Shown here: piece after piece, positions 1 to 16,506 of the stretch
How the letters are laid out: the number at the start of each line of letters is the position of its first letter
Numbering within the stretch: position 1 is the first letter of the stretch
From: the human T2T-CHM13v2.0 reference genome, Homo sapiens
DNA: 64,000 nucleotides
Reading direction: 5' to 3' (one strand)
Assembly: GCF_009914755.1 (NCBI RefSeq)
Contig: NC_060938.1
Translations under genes and position numbers: made by a program
The notes under the pieces: model-generated
Database searches by the model: none
Seen by the model: only the letters and a program-made list of their open reading frames with translations
What the model was told of the DNA's origin: nothing

Positions 1-48
1 CCTCTTTTGTTATTGGTATTAATAGTAACTCCTATATATTGAGAACCC

Positions 49-125
49 TTAGGTGGAATCACATGGAATCGCCAATATTGAACCTTTTTTGACCTACAAA
101 CCCAATGTATATGGTTTAATCCAAT
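49..125. mobile_element. MADE2 (Hsmar2-derived MITE), decayed
   Basis: TTAGGTGGAATCACATGGAATCGCCAATATTGAACCTTTTTTGACCTACAAA...ATATGGTTTAATCCAA resembles the ~80-bp MADE2 palindrome. Confidence 0.6.
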
Positions 126-136
126 GTATGCTGAGT

Positions 137-791
137 ATGGGAGGCTGAATAATGAACCCCAAAGATGTCCACATCCTAATCCCTGGAACCTGTGAATATT
201 ACCCTATATGGCAAAAAGGATTTTGCAGATGTGATTGAATTAAGGATTCTTTTTTTCTTATTTTAGTGATAGGGTCTTGCTATGTTGCCTCGGCTGGAAT
301 GCAGTGGCTGTTCATAGACATTATCACAGCACACTACAGTCTCAAACTCCTGGACTCAAGCAATCCTCCTGCCTCAGCCTCCTGAGTAGCTAGGACTACT
401 GGGATGCACTACTGCTCTTGGCAAATTAAGGATTTTGAGATGGAGAGACTATCCTGGATTATCTGATGGGCTTAATCATTGACAAAGGTTCTTATATAAG
501 GAAAAGTCAATGTGATAATGGAAGCAGATTTGAAGATGCTGTGCAACTGGCTTTGAAGATGGAGGACGGGGCCACAAGCCAAGGATTGTTGGCAGCCTCT
601 AAGCTGGAAGAGGTAAGAAGCATATTCTCCTGTGGCACCTCCGGGAGAAATGCAGTACTGCCTATACCTTGACTTTAGCCAAGTGAAACTAATTTTAGAC
701 TTCTCACCTCCAGAACTGTAAGATAATAAATTTGTGTTGATTTAAGACACTATGTTTGTGGTAATTGGTTACAGCAATAGGAAACTAATAG
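137..791 (+). mobile_element. MLT1D-like MaLR solo LTR, interrupted by a FAM
   Basis: Starts ...GGCTGAATAATG...AAAGATGTCCACATCCTAATCCCTGGAACCTGTGAATAT and ends AATAAAATTTGTGTTG...GGAAACTAATA, typical MLT1 termini. Confidence 0.8.
249..422 (-). mobile_element. FAM (fossil Alu monomer)
   Basis: Monomeric Alu with FAM-type segment GCAGTGGCTGTTCATAG (rc of CTGTGAATAGCCACTGC); TSD AATTAAGGATT at 238-248 and 424-434. Confidence 0.8.
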
Positions 792-1238
792 ACCAGGCAT
801 TATGTTAAGTGCTTTATATCATTAAAGAAATGTATACAAATCCACCCTCAGCCTTCTCGATGACTTTCTGTGTTTGGGTTATTTCCTCTCTTTTGCATCC
901 TCAATTTCCCTTTTCTTAGTGGGTCTTTTCCATTGGCATATACACATGCTTTCCTGTTTATCGCCTTCAAGAACAAAATCAAAAAAAAGACCTAATAACA
1001 TCCACTCACGATTTTTTAAAAAATTAGTGAACTAGAAATAGAAATTTCTTCAACCTAATGCAGAATTTCTACCAAACATCCGTAACAAACATCATACTTA
1101 AAGGTTAACAGTTTTTTTTTAATCCCCACTTCTATTCAATACTGTACTGAGGGTACTAGCCAGAACAATAAACCAAGAAAAAGAAACAAAAGATATAACA
1201 CTTGGAATCAAAGAAGAAAAACAGATATTCACTGAAGG

Positions 1239-1357
1239 TGCTAAATGACGAGTGAAGCACACCAACATAGCACATGTATACATATGTAACAAACCTGCAC
1301 GTTGTGCACATGTACCCTAAAACTTAAAGTATAATAATAATTTAAAAATAAAAAAAG
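1239..1357 (+). mobile_element. Extremely 5'-truncated L1PA 3' end (~120 bp)
   Basis: GCTAAATGACGAG...GCACATGTATACATATGTAACAAACCTGCACGTTGTGCACATGTACCCTAAAACTTAAAGTATAATAATAA plus A tail. Confidence 0.9.
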
Positions 1358-1470
1358 ATTATTTTCATAAAAAAACTCAAGGAATCTACAGCTAAATTAT
1401 TAGCATTAATAAGTGAGTTTAGTAAGTTTAAGGGATAAAAGATCAATATTCAAAAGCAGTTGATTTTCTA

Positions 1471-2034
<564 letters not shown>

Positions 2035-2429
2035 TCAGTTCAATCAACATTCAAATAGGCTTTTCTTCATGGAATTTGACAAGCTTTTTAAAAAATTAGC
2101 ATAAAAAAGCAAAGGACGAAGAAGAGCCAACAAAGAAAGTAGGGAGTCTTGTCTATTAGATGTCAGACTTACTTCACAGTCAATAGTAATTAAGACAATG
2201 TGGTATTTACATAGATCAAAATCTAAATCAGAATGGAATAAAGAGCCCAGAAACACATATAGAAGTGTGATGTAAGCCAGCACTAATATTGCAGATCCAA
2301 AGGGGAAAGGATAAATTAGTCAAAAAGAGGGGGAAAAATAAATATATACACTATAAAGAAACAAATTCTTATTGATAAAATAAAAAAAGAGAAAGATGAA
2401 CAGTTTAAAAATTTAGAATATATTATATA

Positions 2430-2900
2430 AAGGATTTTAACCTGGGTTCCACAGACATCCACTGGTTTGTTGAGCATAATTCAGTACATTCATGATCATG
2501 GATAGGAAAAAAATTAATGTTTATTTTCACAAATCCCAAACTGAAAAATTAAAGATTCAATTATGATCATGGACAACAGACCATAGTAGCCTTGCAGTAT
2601 CTGTGACTTTGCCACTAATAAAAATACAGATAGGTTTATGTCGTATTATAGTTATTGCAGGTATCTCATAATATTATTTATGCACTCAGTACTTGGAAAT
2701 TTACAGCAGTTATTAGATATTCTGCTAAATCTTGATATTTAATGCATTAAGAAGGAGCACATGTGTTATATATCATCACTTTAAATATTTTAATAACTAT
2801 ATTTCAGCATAATTGGTTTTCTTTGTAATTCTATGAGTTTCATTTTTTACCTTTACCAACATGACAAAGGGTCCACGGCATTAAAATGGTTTAAAAATCA
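2430..2900 (-). mobile_element. Charlie4a-like hAT DNA transposon relic
   Basis: TTAACCTGGGTTCCACAGAC ... GCAGTATCTGTGACTTTGCCACTAATA ... AAAGGGTCCACGGCATTAAAATGGTTTAAAA match the recalled Charlie4a consensus in reverse. Confidence 0.75.
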
Positions 2901-3445
2901 TATTACAGAAAAAATTGTATTATAGAAGAATATTCATATGACCTCAGCATATACAGAAAGATTTCCTAAACAAGGCAAAAGAGGAAGCCATAAATGAATA
3001 GAGTGATAAATTTGATTACATTAAAATTATAAACTTTTTCTATCAAAATATATAATACTATAAAGAAACTAAAAGATATGTCACAAACAGAGAGAAGAGA
3101 TCTGCTTCATCTACTTAACAAAGGATTAGTATCTGGAATATCTGAAGTCTACAAATCAATAAAGAAAAGACAGACAATTCAATCTTTTAAAGGACAACAT
3201 TGTATGGTCTTCTGGGAAAGACCATACAATGACCAATAAACATTTGAAAAAATGGTCAACCTCAGTACATTGAGAAAAGGTAGTTTAAGACAAGGAGCTA
3301 CTTACTATTTAATAACCACATTGTCCCAGGTGAATATTTTTAAAGTATCTGGCAATACCAAGTGTTGGCAAAGATAGAGAGCCAGGGGGACTTTTACATG
3401 CTGCTAATGGGAATATAAATTGTTGTTTTGGGAAAACCGTTTGGC

Positions 3446-3755
3446 TTTTTTTGTTTGTTTGTTTGTTTTTTTTGAGACAGAGTCTCGCTCTATTCCCCAG
3501 GCCAAAGTACAGTGGTGTGATCTTGGCTCACTGCATCCTCCACCTCCCGGGTTCAAGCGATTCTCATGCCTCAGCCTCCTGAGGAGCTGGGATTACAAGC
3601 GCGTGCCACCACGCCCAGCTAATTTTTGTATTTTTAGTTGAGATGGGGTTTTGCCATGTTGGCCAGGCTGGTCTTGAACTCCTGACCTCAGGTGATCCAT
3701 CCGCCTAGGCCTTCCAAATTGCTGGGATTACAGGTGTGAGCCACCGCGCCCAGCC
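3446..3755 (-). mobile_element. AluSx-like
   Basis: Full antisense Alu with (TTTG)n tail. Confidence 0.95.
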
Positions 3756-4629
3756 GTGGCATTATTTTTAAGGTGGAAGATGCACATACCCTAAACCCAG
3801 TAAAACCCTTGCATATGTGCACTAGGAGTCACATTCAACCCAACTTGCCAAGAATGGAAGAATGGATGCATAAATTGTGGTGTAGTCACAAAGTGTAATA
3901 TAATGCTATTGTGAAAATAAAGTAACCACAGCCACATCCATTCACATGTATGAATCTCAACCCTGATGTTGAGTGAAGAAAGCAAATTTCAAAAAAAAAA
4001 AAAAAAGCAAACAATGTGATTCAATTTATACAAAGTTGAAGAAATAAGCCAAAAAGAATTGTTTTCCAGTGTTGAATGTAGAACACTTGAACTTTCCACT
4101 CCATCCAAACAAGCAAAAAGCTAAAGAAACTAGAAAATCAAGAACTCTTAGATCTGTAGCAGAAATGAGAGCTCAGGGCACACTGCTGTCCCCAGAACTG
4201 GAGAGACAGACAGGTGGATACAGACAATCACAACATACTACAGCAAAAACCTCCATGGGAACCAGTGCTGGGGACATTGTATCTCGCTATCATGAAAAAA
4301 TTCCAAAGCATGCTAAAAGATAAAAACACAGTTTGAAGAGACAGAGTAAGTCAGAACCAGACATAATACAGATATTGGAACTATCAGGCAGAGAATTTAA
4401 AATAATTATGATGAATATGCCAATGGTTCTAATGCAAAAGTAGACAGTATGCAAAAACAGATGGACAGTGTAAGCAGAGAGATGAGAAGCCTAAGAAATA
4501 ATAAAAAAGCAATGTTAGAGATCTAAAACACTATAGCAAATGAAGAATGCTTTTGATGGGCTTATTAGTAAACCGGACATGGCGGAAGAAAGAATTTCCG
4601 AGCTTGAGAATGTATCAGTAGAAATCTCC

Positions 4630-4954
<325 letters not shown>

Positions 4955-5751
4955 AGAAACCTCCAGGACTGAAAAGCAAAGAGAACAGACCAAAACAAAC
5001 AAAAAGACAACAATAACAACAGAAAGCAAAGAAAATCTTAGACTATTCAAAAACTGTGGGAAAACTACAAAAGGTCTAACATACAAAATGGTTACCACAG
5101 ATTCAGGAAGCTGAGAGAACACAATGCAGGATAAACGCCCAAACAAAACAAAACTCTAAACCTAGGTACATAATTTTCCAACTACAGAAAATTAAAGATA
5201 AAGAAAAAACCTGAAAGAAGACAGAGGGGAAAACATTTTACATGCAGAAAGAGCAAAGGTAAGAATTACATTCTACCTCCTCAGCAACTATGCAAGCAAG
5301 AAGAAAGTGAAGTGACATATTAAGTGTTGAAAGAAAAAGTCCCACCAACCCAGAATTCTGTAACCTTGACATTAACTTTCAAAAGTAAAGGAGAAATAAA
5401 GACTTTCTCAGGCAGACAAAAATTGAGGGAATTTGTTGCTAGTAGATCTGCCTTACAAGAAATGTTAAAAGAAGTTTTACAGAGATAAGGAAAATAATAC
5501 AGGTCAGAATTCAGAGCCACATAAAGAAAAGAAGAACATCAAAGAAAGAATATGTGAAGGTAAAATAAAAACTTTTATTTTTCTTATTCTTAAATTATCC
5601 AACAGATAACAGTTTGTTCAAAATAATAGCAACAATGTATTTGGTTATGTATGCTTATGTTTATATCTTATGTTATATGAGTGTTTATGTATATTTATAT
5701 GTAAGTAAAATGAATGACAATGATATAAGGAGTGGAAAGGTGGAATTAGGA

Positions 5752-6059
5752 TTTTTTTTAAGTTTTTTTTTTTTTTTTAGGGTCAGGGTCTTGCTCTGTT
5801 GCTCAGGCTGGAGTGCAATGTTGTAATTATAGCTCACTGCAGCCTCAAACTCCTGGACTCAAGCTATGCTCTTGCCTCAGCCTTCTGAGTAGCTAGGACT
5901 ACAGGTGCATATCACCATGCCCAGCTAATTTTTTTTTTCCATAGAGACAGGGTCTCACTGTGTTGTCCAGGCTGGTCTCAAACTCTTGGCCTCAAGTGAG
6001 CCTCATGCCACAGCCTCTGAAAGTATTGGCATTATAAGTGTGAGCCACTGTGCCTGGCC
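5752..6059 (-). mobile_element. AluJ
   Basis: Antisense Alu with J-type GCAGCCTCAAACTCCTGGACTCAAG. Confidence 0.9.
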
Positions 6060-6624
6060 TATTTTGTTATTTTAAGGTAATCACACAACCAGTGGAAATG
6101 GCAATAGTGTTATTATTCTACTTATTTTTCTTTTACTTTTTATAATGATTGCCCTAGAGTTTGCAGTATATATTTACAACAAATCCAGGCCCACTTTCAA
6201 ACAACACTATATCAATGTATAGTGACTTAATATATCACTACACTTTCCTCTTCTATATAACATGTTATATTTTATACATATATTAAATATAATGGTATAG
6301 TATTATTTGAAAGTAGGCTTGTATCTGTTGTAAATGTATGCTGCAAACTCTAGGGCAATCACTATAAAAAAGTAAAAGAAAATTAGGTAGAATTCATATG
6401 CTAAGAATGGAGAAAAAAATGGAATGATAGAAGATGCTCAGTTAAACCACAAAAGGCAGACAAAGAGTGGAAGGCAAAAATAAAATAATGTACAAGAACA
6501 ACAAATAAAAACCAGTAACAAATACGGTAGATATTAATCTGGCTATATCAATAATCACTTCAAATGTCAATGGTGTAACTGATGCAATTAAAAGACAAAG
6601 ATTGTCAGAGTGGATCAAAAAACA

Positions 6625-6862
6625 TAACCCCACTTTGAGAGTCCAAGGAGGGAGGATAGCTTGAGTCCAGGAGTTCAAGACCAGCCTAGGCAACATGGCG
6701 AGACTCTATTTCTATGAAAAATACAAAAAGGTAGCTTAGCTTAGTGGCTGAGATGGAGGGTCACCTGAGCCCGGGAGTTCAAGACTGCATTGAGCCATGA
6801 TCACATCACTGCACTCTAGCCTGGATAACAGAGTGAGACCCTGTCTCAAAAACAAACAAACA
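6625..6862 (+). mobile_element. AluJ, 5'-truncated and internally deleted
   Basis: GGAGGATAGCTTGAGTCCAGGAGTTCAAGACC; right-arm start missing. Confidence 0.85.
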
Positions 6863-7688
6863 TAAAAGACCCAACTATGTGTTATCTACAGAAAGCCCAT
6901 AAAGACACATAGAGATTAAAAGTAAATGGATCGAGGAAGATATAACATGGTAACACTCATCAAAAGAAAGCAGAGGTAGCTCCATTAATTTCAGACAGAG
7001 CAGACTTCAAAGCAAGGAAAGTTGTCAGGGACAGAGAAGGGCATTAGTAATGATAAAGGGGTCAATTCTCCAAGAAGACATACCATTCCTTAATGTGTGT
7101 ATGTCTAACAATAGAACATTAAAATACATGAGGCAAAAACTGATAGAACTACAGGAATCATTGAAAATAGATGAATCCACTAGTATAGTTCCAGACTTCA
7201 CCCCTCTATCAGAAATGCACAGATCCAGTAGGCAGAAAATCAGTAAGGACATAATTGAACTCAACAACACCATCAATCAACTAGGTATGATGAACATCTA
7301 TAGACTGCTTCATCTGACAACAGCACATTCATCTCAAAATCACATTCATCTCAAGATCATATGGAACATTCACCAAGATAGGTCATATTCAGGGCCATAA
7401 AACACACTTTAACAATTTTTTTTAAAAAAAATAGAAATCAAACAATGTCTGCTCTCAGGTCACAATGGACTTAAACTAGAAATCAATAAGAGAGATAACT
7501 GGAAAATCCTAAAAGACATGGAGATTAAATATAACACTACTAAATAACAGAGGGGTCAAAAAAGTCATCTCAACAAAAATTAAAATATTTTTAATTAAAT
7601 AAAAATGAAAATACAATTTGCTGAAATTTGTGGGATGCAGCAAAAGCAGTTCTTGGAGGAAAATTTCTAGCATTGAAGGAACATATTA

Positions 7689-8039
<351 letters not shown>

Positions 8040-9352
8040 TTAAGCTTCTACCTCAGGATGCTAGAAAAAGAAAAGAAAATTAAATATGAAGCAAGCAGGA
8101 GAAAAGAAATAATAATAATAATTAGAGCAAAAATCAGAAAGTCAGTGGAGAAAATCAATGACTCCAAAAGCTGGTTCTTAGAAAAGATTAATAAAATCAA
8201 TAAGCCACTAGCCAGGCTAACCAAGAAAAAAGAGAGAAGACACAATTTACTAATATCAGAAACAAAAGAGGGGACATAGCTACAAATTCCATGGACATCA
8301 AATGGATAATAAGGCAATAATATGATAAATTCTATGTCCATAAATTTGATTATCTAAATGAAATAGACAAATTCCTTGAATCTGCCCAAACTCACACAAG
8401 AAGAAATAGGCAATGTAACTAGGCCTATATCTATTAAAGAAATGGAATCAATAATTAATAAGCTTCCAAAACAGAAAGCACTGGGCCCAGATGGATTCAG
8501 TGGTGAATTCTACAAAATATTTAAGGAAGAAATTAAACCAATTCTTTACAATTTCTTTCAGAAGGAAGAAGCAGAGGGAATACTTCCTAACTCATTCTAT
8601 GAGACCAGCATCACCTTAATACCAAGGCAGGATAAAGACATTACAATAAAACTACAAACCAATATCTCTCATCAACATAAATGCAAAAATCCTCAACAAA
8701 ATATTAGCAAGTCAAATCCAGAAATGTATAAAAAAGAATTATATACCACAACCAAGTGGGATGTATTCCAGGTCTGCAAGGCTGATTCAACATTTAAAAA
8801 TTAATTTAATCCATCACATCAACAGGCTAAAGAAGAAAAATCGCATGATTGTATAGACACAGAAAAAGCATATGGCAAAATCCAATGTCTATTCATGATA
8901 AATAAAAAAGCAACTCTCAGTAAACTAGGAATAGAGGAGAACTTTCTCGACTTGAAAAGAATATCTACAAAACACCTACATGACATCATACTTCATGGTG
9001 AAAAAATGGAAAGTTTCCCACTAAAATCAGGAACAAGGCAAGAGTGCCCCCTCTCACCACTCCTTTTCAACATCATACTAGAAATTCTACATAATGCAAT
9101 AAGACTAGAAAAGTAAATAAAAGGTTTACTGGTTGGAAAGGAAGAAATAAATATCTCTTTGTTTGCAGATGACTTGATTGTCTATGTAAAACAATTAAAA
9201 GAATCAACAATAACAACAACAACAACAAAATCCTGGAACTAATCAGCAATTACAGCAAGGTTGCAGGATACAAGGTTAATATCTAAAAGTCAATCACTTT
9301 CCTATATACTAGCAATGAACAAGTAGAACTTAAAATTTAAAACATGATACTT

Positions 9353-9516
9353 GCTGGGCATGGTGGCTTATGCCTATAATCCCAGTACTTTGGGAGGCTG
9401 AGGCAGGAGGATCACTTGAGCCCAGGAGTCAATGTTGCAGTGAGCTGTGATGGCACCACTGCACTGCAGCCTGGGTGACAGAGCAAGAACCTGTCTCAAA
9501 AAAAAAAAAAAAAAAA
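9353..9516 (+). mobile_element. Alu monomer (FRAM-like or collapsed AluJ)
   Basis: Single ~145-bp arm with poly(A); left-arm-like start and right-arm end. Confidence 0.85.
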
Positions 9517-9918
9517 GTAAAAACACAGAAAACCATGACACCATTTATATTACCACCACCAAAAGTAAACGACCCAGGTATAAATCTAACACAATATGAA
9601 CAAGATCTATATGAAGAAAACTAAAAAAAATATGATGAAAGAAATCAAGGAACTAAATAAATGGAAAGATATTCCATGATTATGAATAAGGAGACTCAAT
9701 AACATCAAGATGTCAGTTCTTCACAACTTAAACTATATATTCAATGCAATCCCAATCAAATTCCAGGCAAGTTATTTTGTAGATATTTACAAACTGATTC
9801 TAAAGCTTATGTGGAGAGGTAAAGGACCGAGAATAGACAACACAACATCGAAGGAGAAGAGTAAAGCTGGAAGACTGACATTACCTGACCTCAAGACTTA
9901 CTATAAAGCTACAGTAGT

Positions 9919-10285
<367 letters not shown>

Positions 10286-10569
10286 TCAGTGAAACAGAAT
10301 AGATAGCCTAGAAACAAACCCACATAAATACAGTCAACTGACCTTTGACAAAAGAGCAAAGGCAATACAATGGAAAAAAGACAGTCTTTTAAACAAATAT
10401 TGCTGGAATAATGGAAATCTACATGCAAAAATGAATCTAAACACAGACCTTAATATATTCTTCACAAAAATTAACTGAAAATGGATCACAGACCTAAATA
10501 TAAAACACAAAACTATAAACTAGAAGATAGCATAGGAGAAAATCTAGATTACTATAGGTTTGAAAATGA

Positions 10570-10860
10570 TTTTTTTTTCAATAGGTTCTCTGTCACCCAG
10601 GCTGGAGTGCAGTTGTGTGTAGTGTGATCATAGCTCACTGCAGTGTTGAACTCCTGGGCTAAAGTGATCCTCCTACCTCAGCTTCCCAAATAACTGGGAT
10701 CACAGGCCTGTGCCACCAAGCCCAGCTAATTTATTTTTACTTTTTAGAGACAGGGTCTCACTATGTTGCCCAGGCTGGTCTCAAACTCTTGGATTCAAGT
10801 GATTCTCCCGTCCTCCTAAATGCTGGGATTACAGGCATGAACCACTGTGCCCGGCCTGGC
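10570..10860 (-). mobile_element. AluJ
   Basis: Antisense diverged Alu dimer. Confidence 0.9.
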
Positions 10861-11719
10861 AGTGACTTTTTAGATATGACACCAAAGTTACAATCCATGA
10901 AAGAAATAATTGATGAGCTGGACTTTATTAAAATTAAAACTTTCTGCTCTGCAAAAGACACTGTCAAGAGAATAAAAAGACAAGTCACAGACTGTGAGAA
11001 AATATTTGCAAAAGACATATCCAATAATGGACTGCTAGCCAAAATTTGCAAAGAACTCTTAAAACTCAACAATAAGAAAACAAACAACCCAATTAAAAAA
11101 TGGGCCAAGACTTTAACAGACACCTTGCCAAAGAAAATATACAGATGGCAAATAAGCATATAAAAAGTTGCTCCACAGCAGGAAAATGCAAATTAAAACA
11201 ACAATGAGATATCACTATGTACCTAGCACGACTGAAATCCAGAACACTGACAACACCAAATGCTGGCGAAGACGTGGAGTAATGGGAAATCTCGTTCGTT
11301 ACTGGTGGGAATGGTATGGCCACTTTGGAAGACAGTTTGGTGGTTATTTACAAAACGAAACATACTCTTACCATATGATCCAACCATCATGCTCCTTAGT
11401 ATTTATCCAAAGGAGATGAAAACTTATGTGAAAAACCTATGTATAGATGCTCACAGCGGCTTTGTTTATAATTATCTAACCTTGGAAGCAACCAAGATGT
11501 CCTTCAGTATGTAAATGGATAAACTGTAGTACATCCAGACAATGGAATATTGTTCAGCGCTAAAAAATAATGATCCATCAAGCCATGAAAAGACAGGGAG
11601 GAAACTTCAATATATATTACCAGTGAAAAGAGCCAATCTCAAAAGGCTACATACTGTGTGATTCCAACTATACGACATTCTAGAAAAGGCAATCCTATAG
11701 AGACAGAAGATCAGTGGTT

Positions 11720-12110
<391 letters not shown>

Positions 12111-13218
12111 AGTGTTGATGGTGACTCCTGTTCCAATGTAGGAATAAATAATATTAAAAAAAAAAGAAAGATCAGTGGTTGCCAGAGCCTAGGGTGGAGG
12201 GAGGATGATAGGAGGAGCCCAGGGGATTTTTTTTAGGGTAGTGAAACTATAAGATGTAGGATACTGTAATGGCGGATACGTGTCATTGCACGTTTGTCCA
12301 AACGCAGAGAGTGTACAACACCAAGAGTGCGCCCTAATGTATTACAAGGAACTTTGGGTGATAACCACGTGCCAGTGTCAATTAGCTAACTGTAACAAAT
12401 GTACCACTCTGGCGGGGGATGTTGATAATGGGGGAGGAAGCTATGCATGTGTGGGGCAGTGGTATATCAGATGTCTGTGTACCTTCCTCTCAATTTTGCC
12501 ATGAACCTAAAACTACCCTTTAAAAAAGTCTTAAAAAACAAAAAGCAAAAGTGAACAATATATTATTCTGCTATTCATAGAAATGTATAAAATTATAAAT
12601 GAAGACAAAAAAATCATAAATCTTCAGGGTGTGACTTCCCCCATGGGATAGAGGCAGGAGGAAAGGTCTTGGCTATCTAGGAGGGCCCTGCAAGGGTGCC
12701 CATTAGTGGTGGGAGTCCCTGATTGCTCATCCTATTTCTTTTCTTTTACGTGAGTGAAATAGTACACTACTAAAAACAAAAATTAAAACATGACACACAA
12801 AAGCCAGAAAACAGGACTCCTGTTAGCATGAAATAAATCTGAATTAATGGGAAAGCTGGCCCACTCTTAGATGGGAAAAATCAGTATTACAAAGAAGTCA
12901 TCATTCCTCCATAAACCGGCATATTTCATGGGTTCCTATTAAAAAAGAGCAAAAGCTGGTTTCTTCTCACATTTTAGTTCACAGAGAGGCTTTTCCTGCA
13001 CTCAACCCAAAGTAGACCCTCCCTCTTCTCATTTTTTCCTTCATTGCACTTATTCTGGTTTGTAATTTACTTGTTTGAATTTGCCCTCTCCACTAGACTG
13101 CCTTGTACTTGAGGGTAAGAATATGTGTATTTTGTTCAACCTATGTGGATACAAAGAATACATATAGTTGGTATAATTAATTCCTGGCACATTGTGGCTG
13201 TTTGATAGATATTTGTTA

Positions 13219-13536
<318 letters not shown>

Positions 13537-13568
13537 TTACCCAAGCCACCCCAGACCAAAACAGATGG

Positions 13569-13933
13569 TGAATTAGTCTGTTTTTATGCTGCTAATAAAG
13601 ACATACCAGAGACTGGGTAACGTATAAAGGATAGAGGTATAATGGAGTCACAGTTCCACATGGCTGGGGGAGGCCTCACAATCATGGCAGAAGATGAAGG
13701 AAGAGCAAAGGGATGTCTTACGTGGTGGCAGGCAAGAGAGCGTGTGCAGGGGAACTCCCCTTTATAAAACCATCAACTCTTGTGAGACTTATTCATTATC
13801 ACGAGAACAGCATGGGAAAGACCCGTCCCCATGATTCAATTACCTCCCACCAGGCCCCTCCCATGACACATGGGAATTGTGGGAGCTACAATTCAAGGCA
13901 AGATTTGGGTGGGGACACAGCCAAACCACATCA
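13569..13933 (-). mobile_element. THE1C-like MaLR solo LTR
   Basis: TG...CA ends; GGGGAACTCCCCTTTATAAAACCATCA; ends GGGGACACAGCCAAACCACATCA; 5-bp TSD GATGG/AATGG. Confidence 0.9.
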
Positions 13934-14549
13934 AATGGGTATCATTATCTCTTTTTGCAGATGAGTAACGTGAGGCTCTGGGACATCTGGTAACTTTCCC
14001 AGCATCAGCTATTTGGGATGCTCTCCAGGGATGATAAGGGTACCGCTGAGCAGAAAGAGGATGCAAGAGGGTGCCAGAGGGTGCTGGCAATGGTGGTCTT
14101 CCATCTCCAGCTTCCTTCTGAGGGGCTGTTTCCCAAAGCAAAATAGAGAACCTTCCGAGCTCTGCAGTAGCCTCTTCTGGTCTGGGGTCAGAAAACAGAC
14201 AGACCCAGCAGGCATGGGCAAATATCCCCACTTCCTCTACACAGGCCTCCACTCCACGCAGACTCAAAGAGCATCCCTTGGGCACTTGTGTGCCTGGGGC
14301 AGTGTAGGGGGCAGTTATCCACATGGGCCATCTTGTCTACCCCTCTTAGTGCCTGCTGGGGCAACAGTGCCAGGGCAACCCACTGCAGCTGTTGGCCTAG
14401 GGCTGTCTCCGTCTGGCCCTGAAAGTCTTGAGTCCTGGGCGAACTGGGATGGCTGCTCATCTTCCTTTTTGTCACCACCCTCTGTTTCCAGGAGACTCAG
14501 GGAAGGCCATATTGTTTATTCACAGAGGCTGGGTTTGAACCACATTTTC

Positions 14550-14846
<297 letters not shown>

Positions 14847-15402
14847 TGAACTACATTTTCTACATCACATCTGCCTGTTTCAAAAGAACGAACAAAGTAA
14901 TAATGTGAATGATAGTAGCTCATGGTAAGACGGAGGTCTTACCGTGTGCCACCCACTTGGTGTTCAGGTCCTTGTTCAAATATCACCTTCTCAACCACCC
15001 CATTTAAAAACAGCATGGAGTCCCTGCTCTCCATCCCTCTCTATCTCCTTATGCTGGGTAATTTTCCTTCATAGCACTGATCACTACCTCATCCCACATC
15101 ATAGCTGTATAATTTATTTGTTTATCGTCAGAGTCTCCCACCAGAATGGAAGCCTGCTGGACCCCAGATGAACCAGCTAAATCAGCCACGTTGCTGTTGG
15201 GGGCTTTTTGGTTACTGTTTCCCGAGTGCCCACCATGGGCTGACCCCTGTACCACAGGCCTGTCAGTCACTGCCACAACGCTCCATGAACTAAGGACTAA
15301 CGCAGAGCTGAGCTGCCCTCACAGTTGATTCTGAGCACCTTGCTGGGTACAGGGTGGGCACAAGGTGTCAGCTTCTCTTCTGAAACTGACAAATGAAGCT
15401 CT

Positions 15403-15866
15403 TGTATTAGTTTCCCGGGGTTGCCATAGCAAACTGCCACACACTTGCTGGCATAAAACAACAGAAATGTGTTCTCCCACAGTCTGGAGGCTGGAAGTCC
15501 AAAATCCAGGTGTTGGTGGGGCCACATTCTCTCTGAAGGCTGAAGGGAGGGTCCCTCCTTGCCTCTTCGAACCTTCTGGTGGTTGTTATCAATCCTTGGC
15601 ATTCCTTGGTTCGTGGCTGCATCACTCCAGTTTCCGCCTCGGTCGTTTTGTGTCCCTCTCCTTGTCTGTGTCTGTGTCTCCGTATCTGAATTTCCCTCTC
15701 TTTTCTTGGATAAAGACAGTAGTCATTGGATTTAGGGCCCACCCTAATTCAATGTGGCCTCATCTTACCTAATGACATCTACAAAGTCCCTGTTTCCAAA
15801 TAGGGTCACATTCTAAGATTCTGGGTGGACGTGAATTTTTAGGGGAACACTCCCCATCCCACCACA
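15403..15866 (-). mobile_element. MLT1B/C-like solo LTR
   Basis: TGTATTAGTTTCC...AAAACAACAGAAATG...GGAGGCTGGAAGTCC...CCAAATAGGGTCACATTCT...CCCACCACA. Confidence 0.85.
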
Positions 15867-16454
15867 GACACTAAGGTAGGAAGAGTCACTCCCAGCCCAG
15901 GTCTGTTCTCCCTCCAAGCACAAAGCTCTGAATACCCACCCTTTACTGACTCTCAGTTGTCTCCATTTGTGGAATTGAATCAGAGTTTTATTACCTTCAA
16001 ATTGCTGGGCACGGCATCCTAACAGCATTTCAGAGACCAGGGCCCTGGAAATCTCATTTCTGCTGGTCCAGGCCCTCGAGGGATCAATGTTTTTCACGCT
16101 CTTCTCTGGATCGTTGGAATTGGTCTTCCAAAGGCCAACTTGCCAGACTTAGAGGCCTTTTTTCCATGTCACGTTCCTCAGCTACACTTCAAGGGCCTGT
16201 GTCTATCTGAAACTCTTGAACATGAACAATTGCTTATTATCTGTGTATTGCTGTTTAATAGGGAAGTTGGAAACATGGTCCAGAGGCTCAGTTACAAAAT
16301 ACTGAAAACAAAACAAAAATATCTGACAAAACACCCAACACCCTATCTCACCTCTTTTATTGGAGCCTATTCATTATTGCTTCACATCTATCTAGAAGTC
16401 CACGTCCCATTTTGGATTCTGGTTTGCTTTAGTTCACTTTCCCTGTCAACATTC

Positions 16455-16456
16455 TG

Positions 16457-16501
<45 letters not shown>
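16455..16501. repeat. (TG)n microsatellite
   Basis: Direct reading; one interruption. Confidence 0.95.
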
Positions 16502-16506
<5 letters not shown>

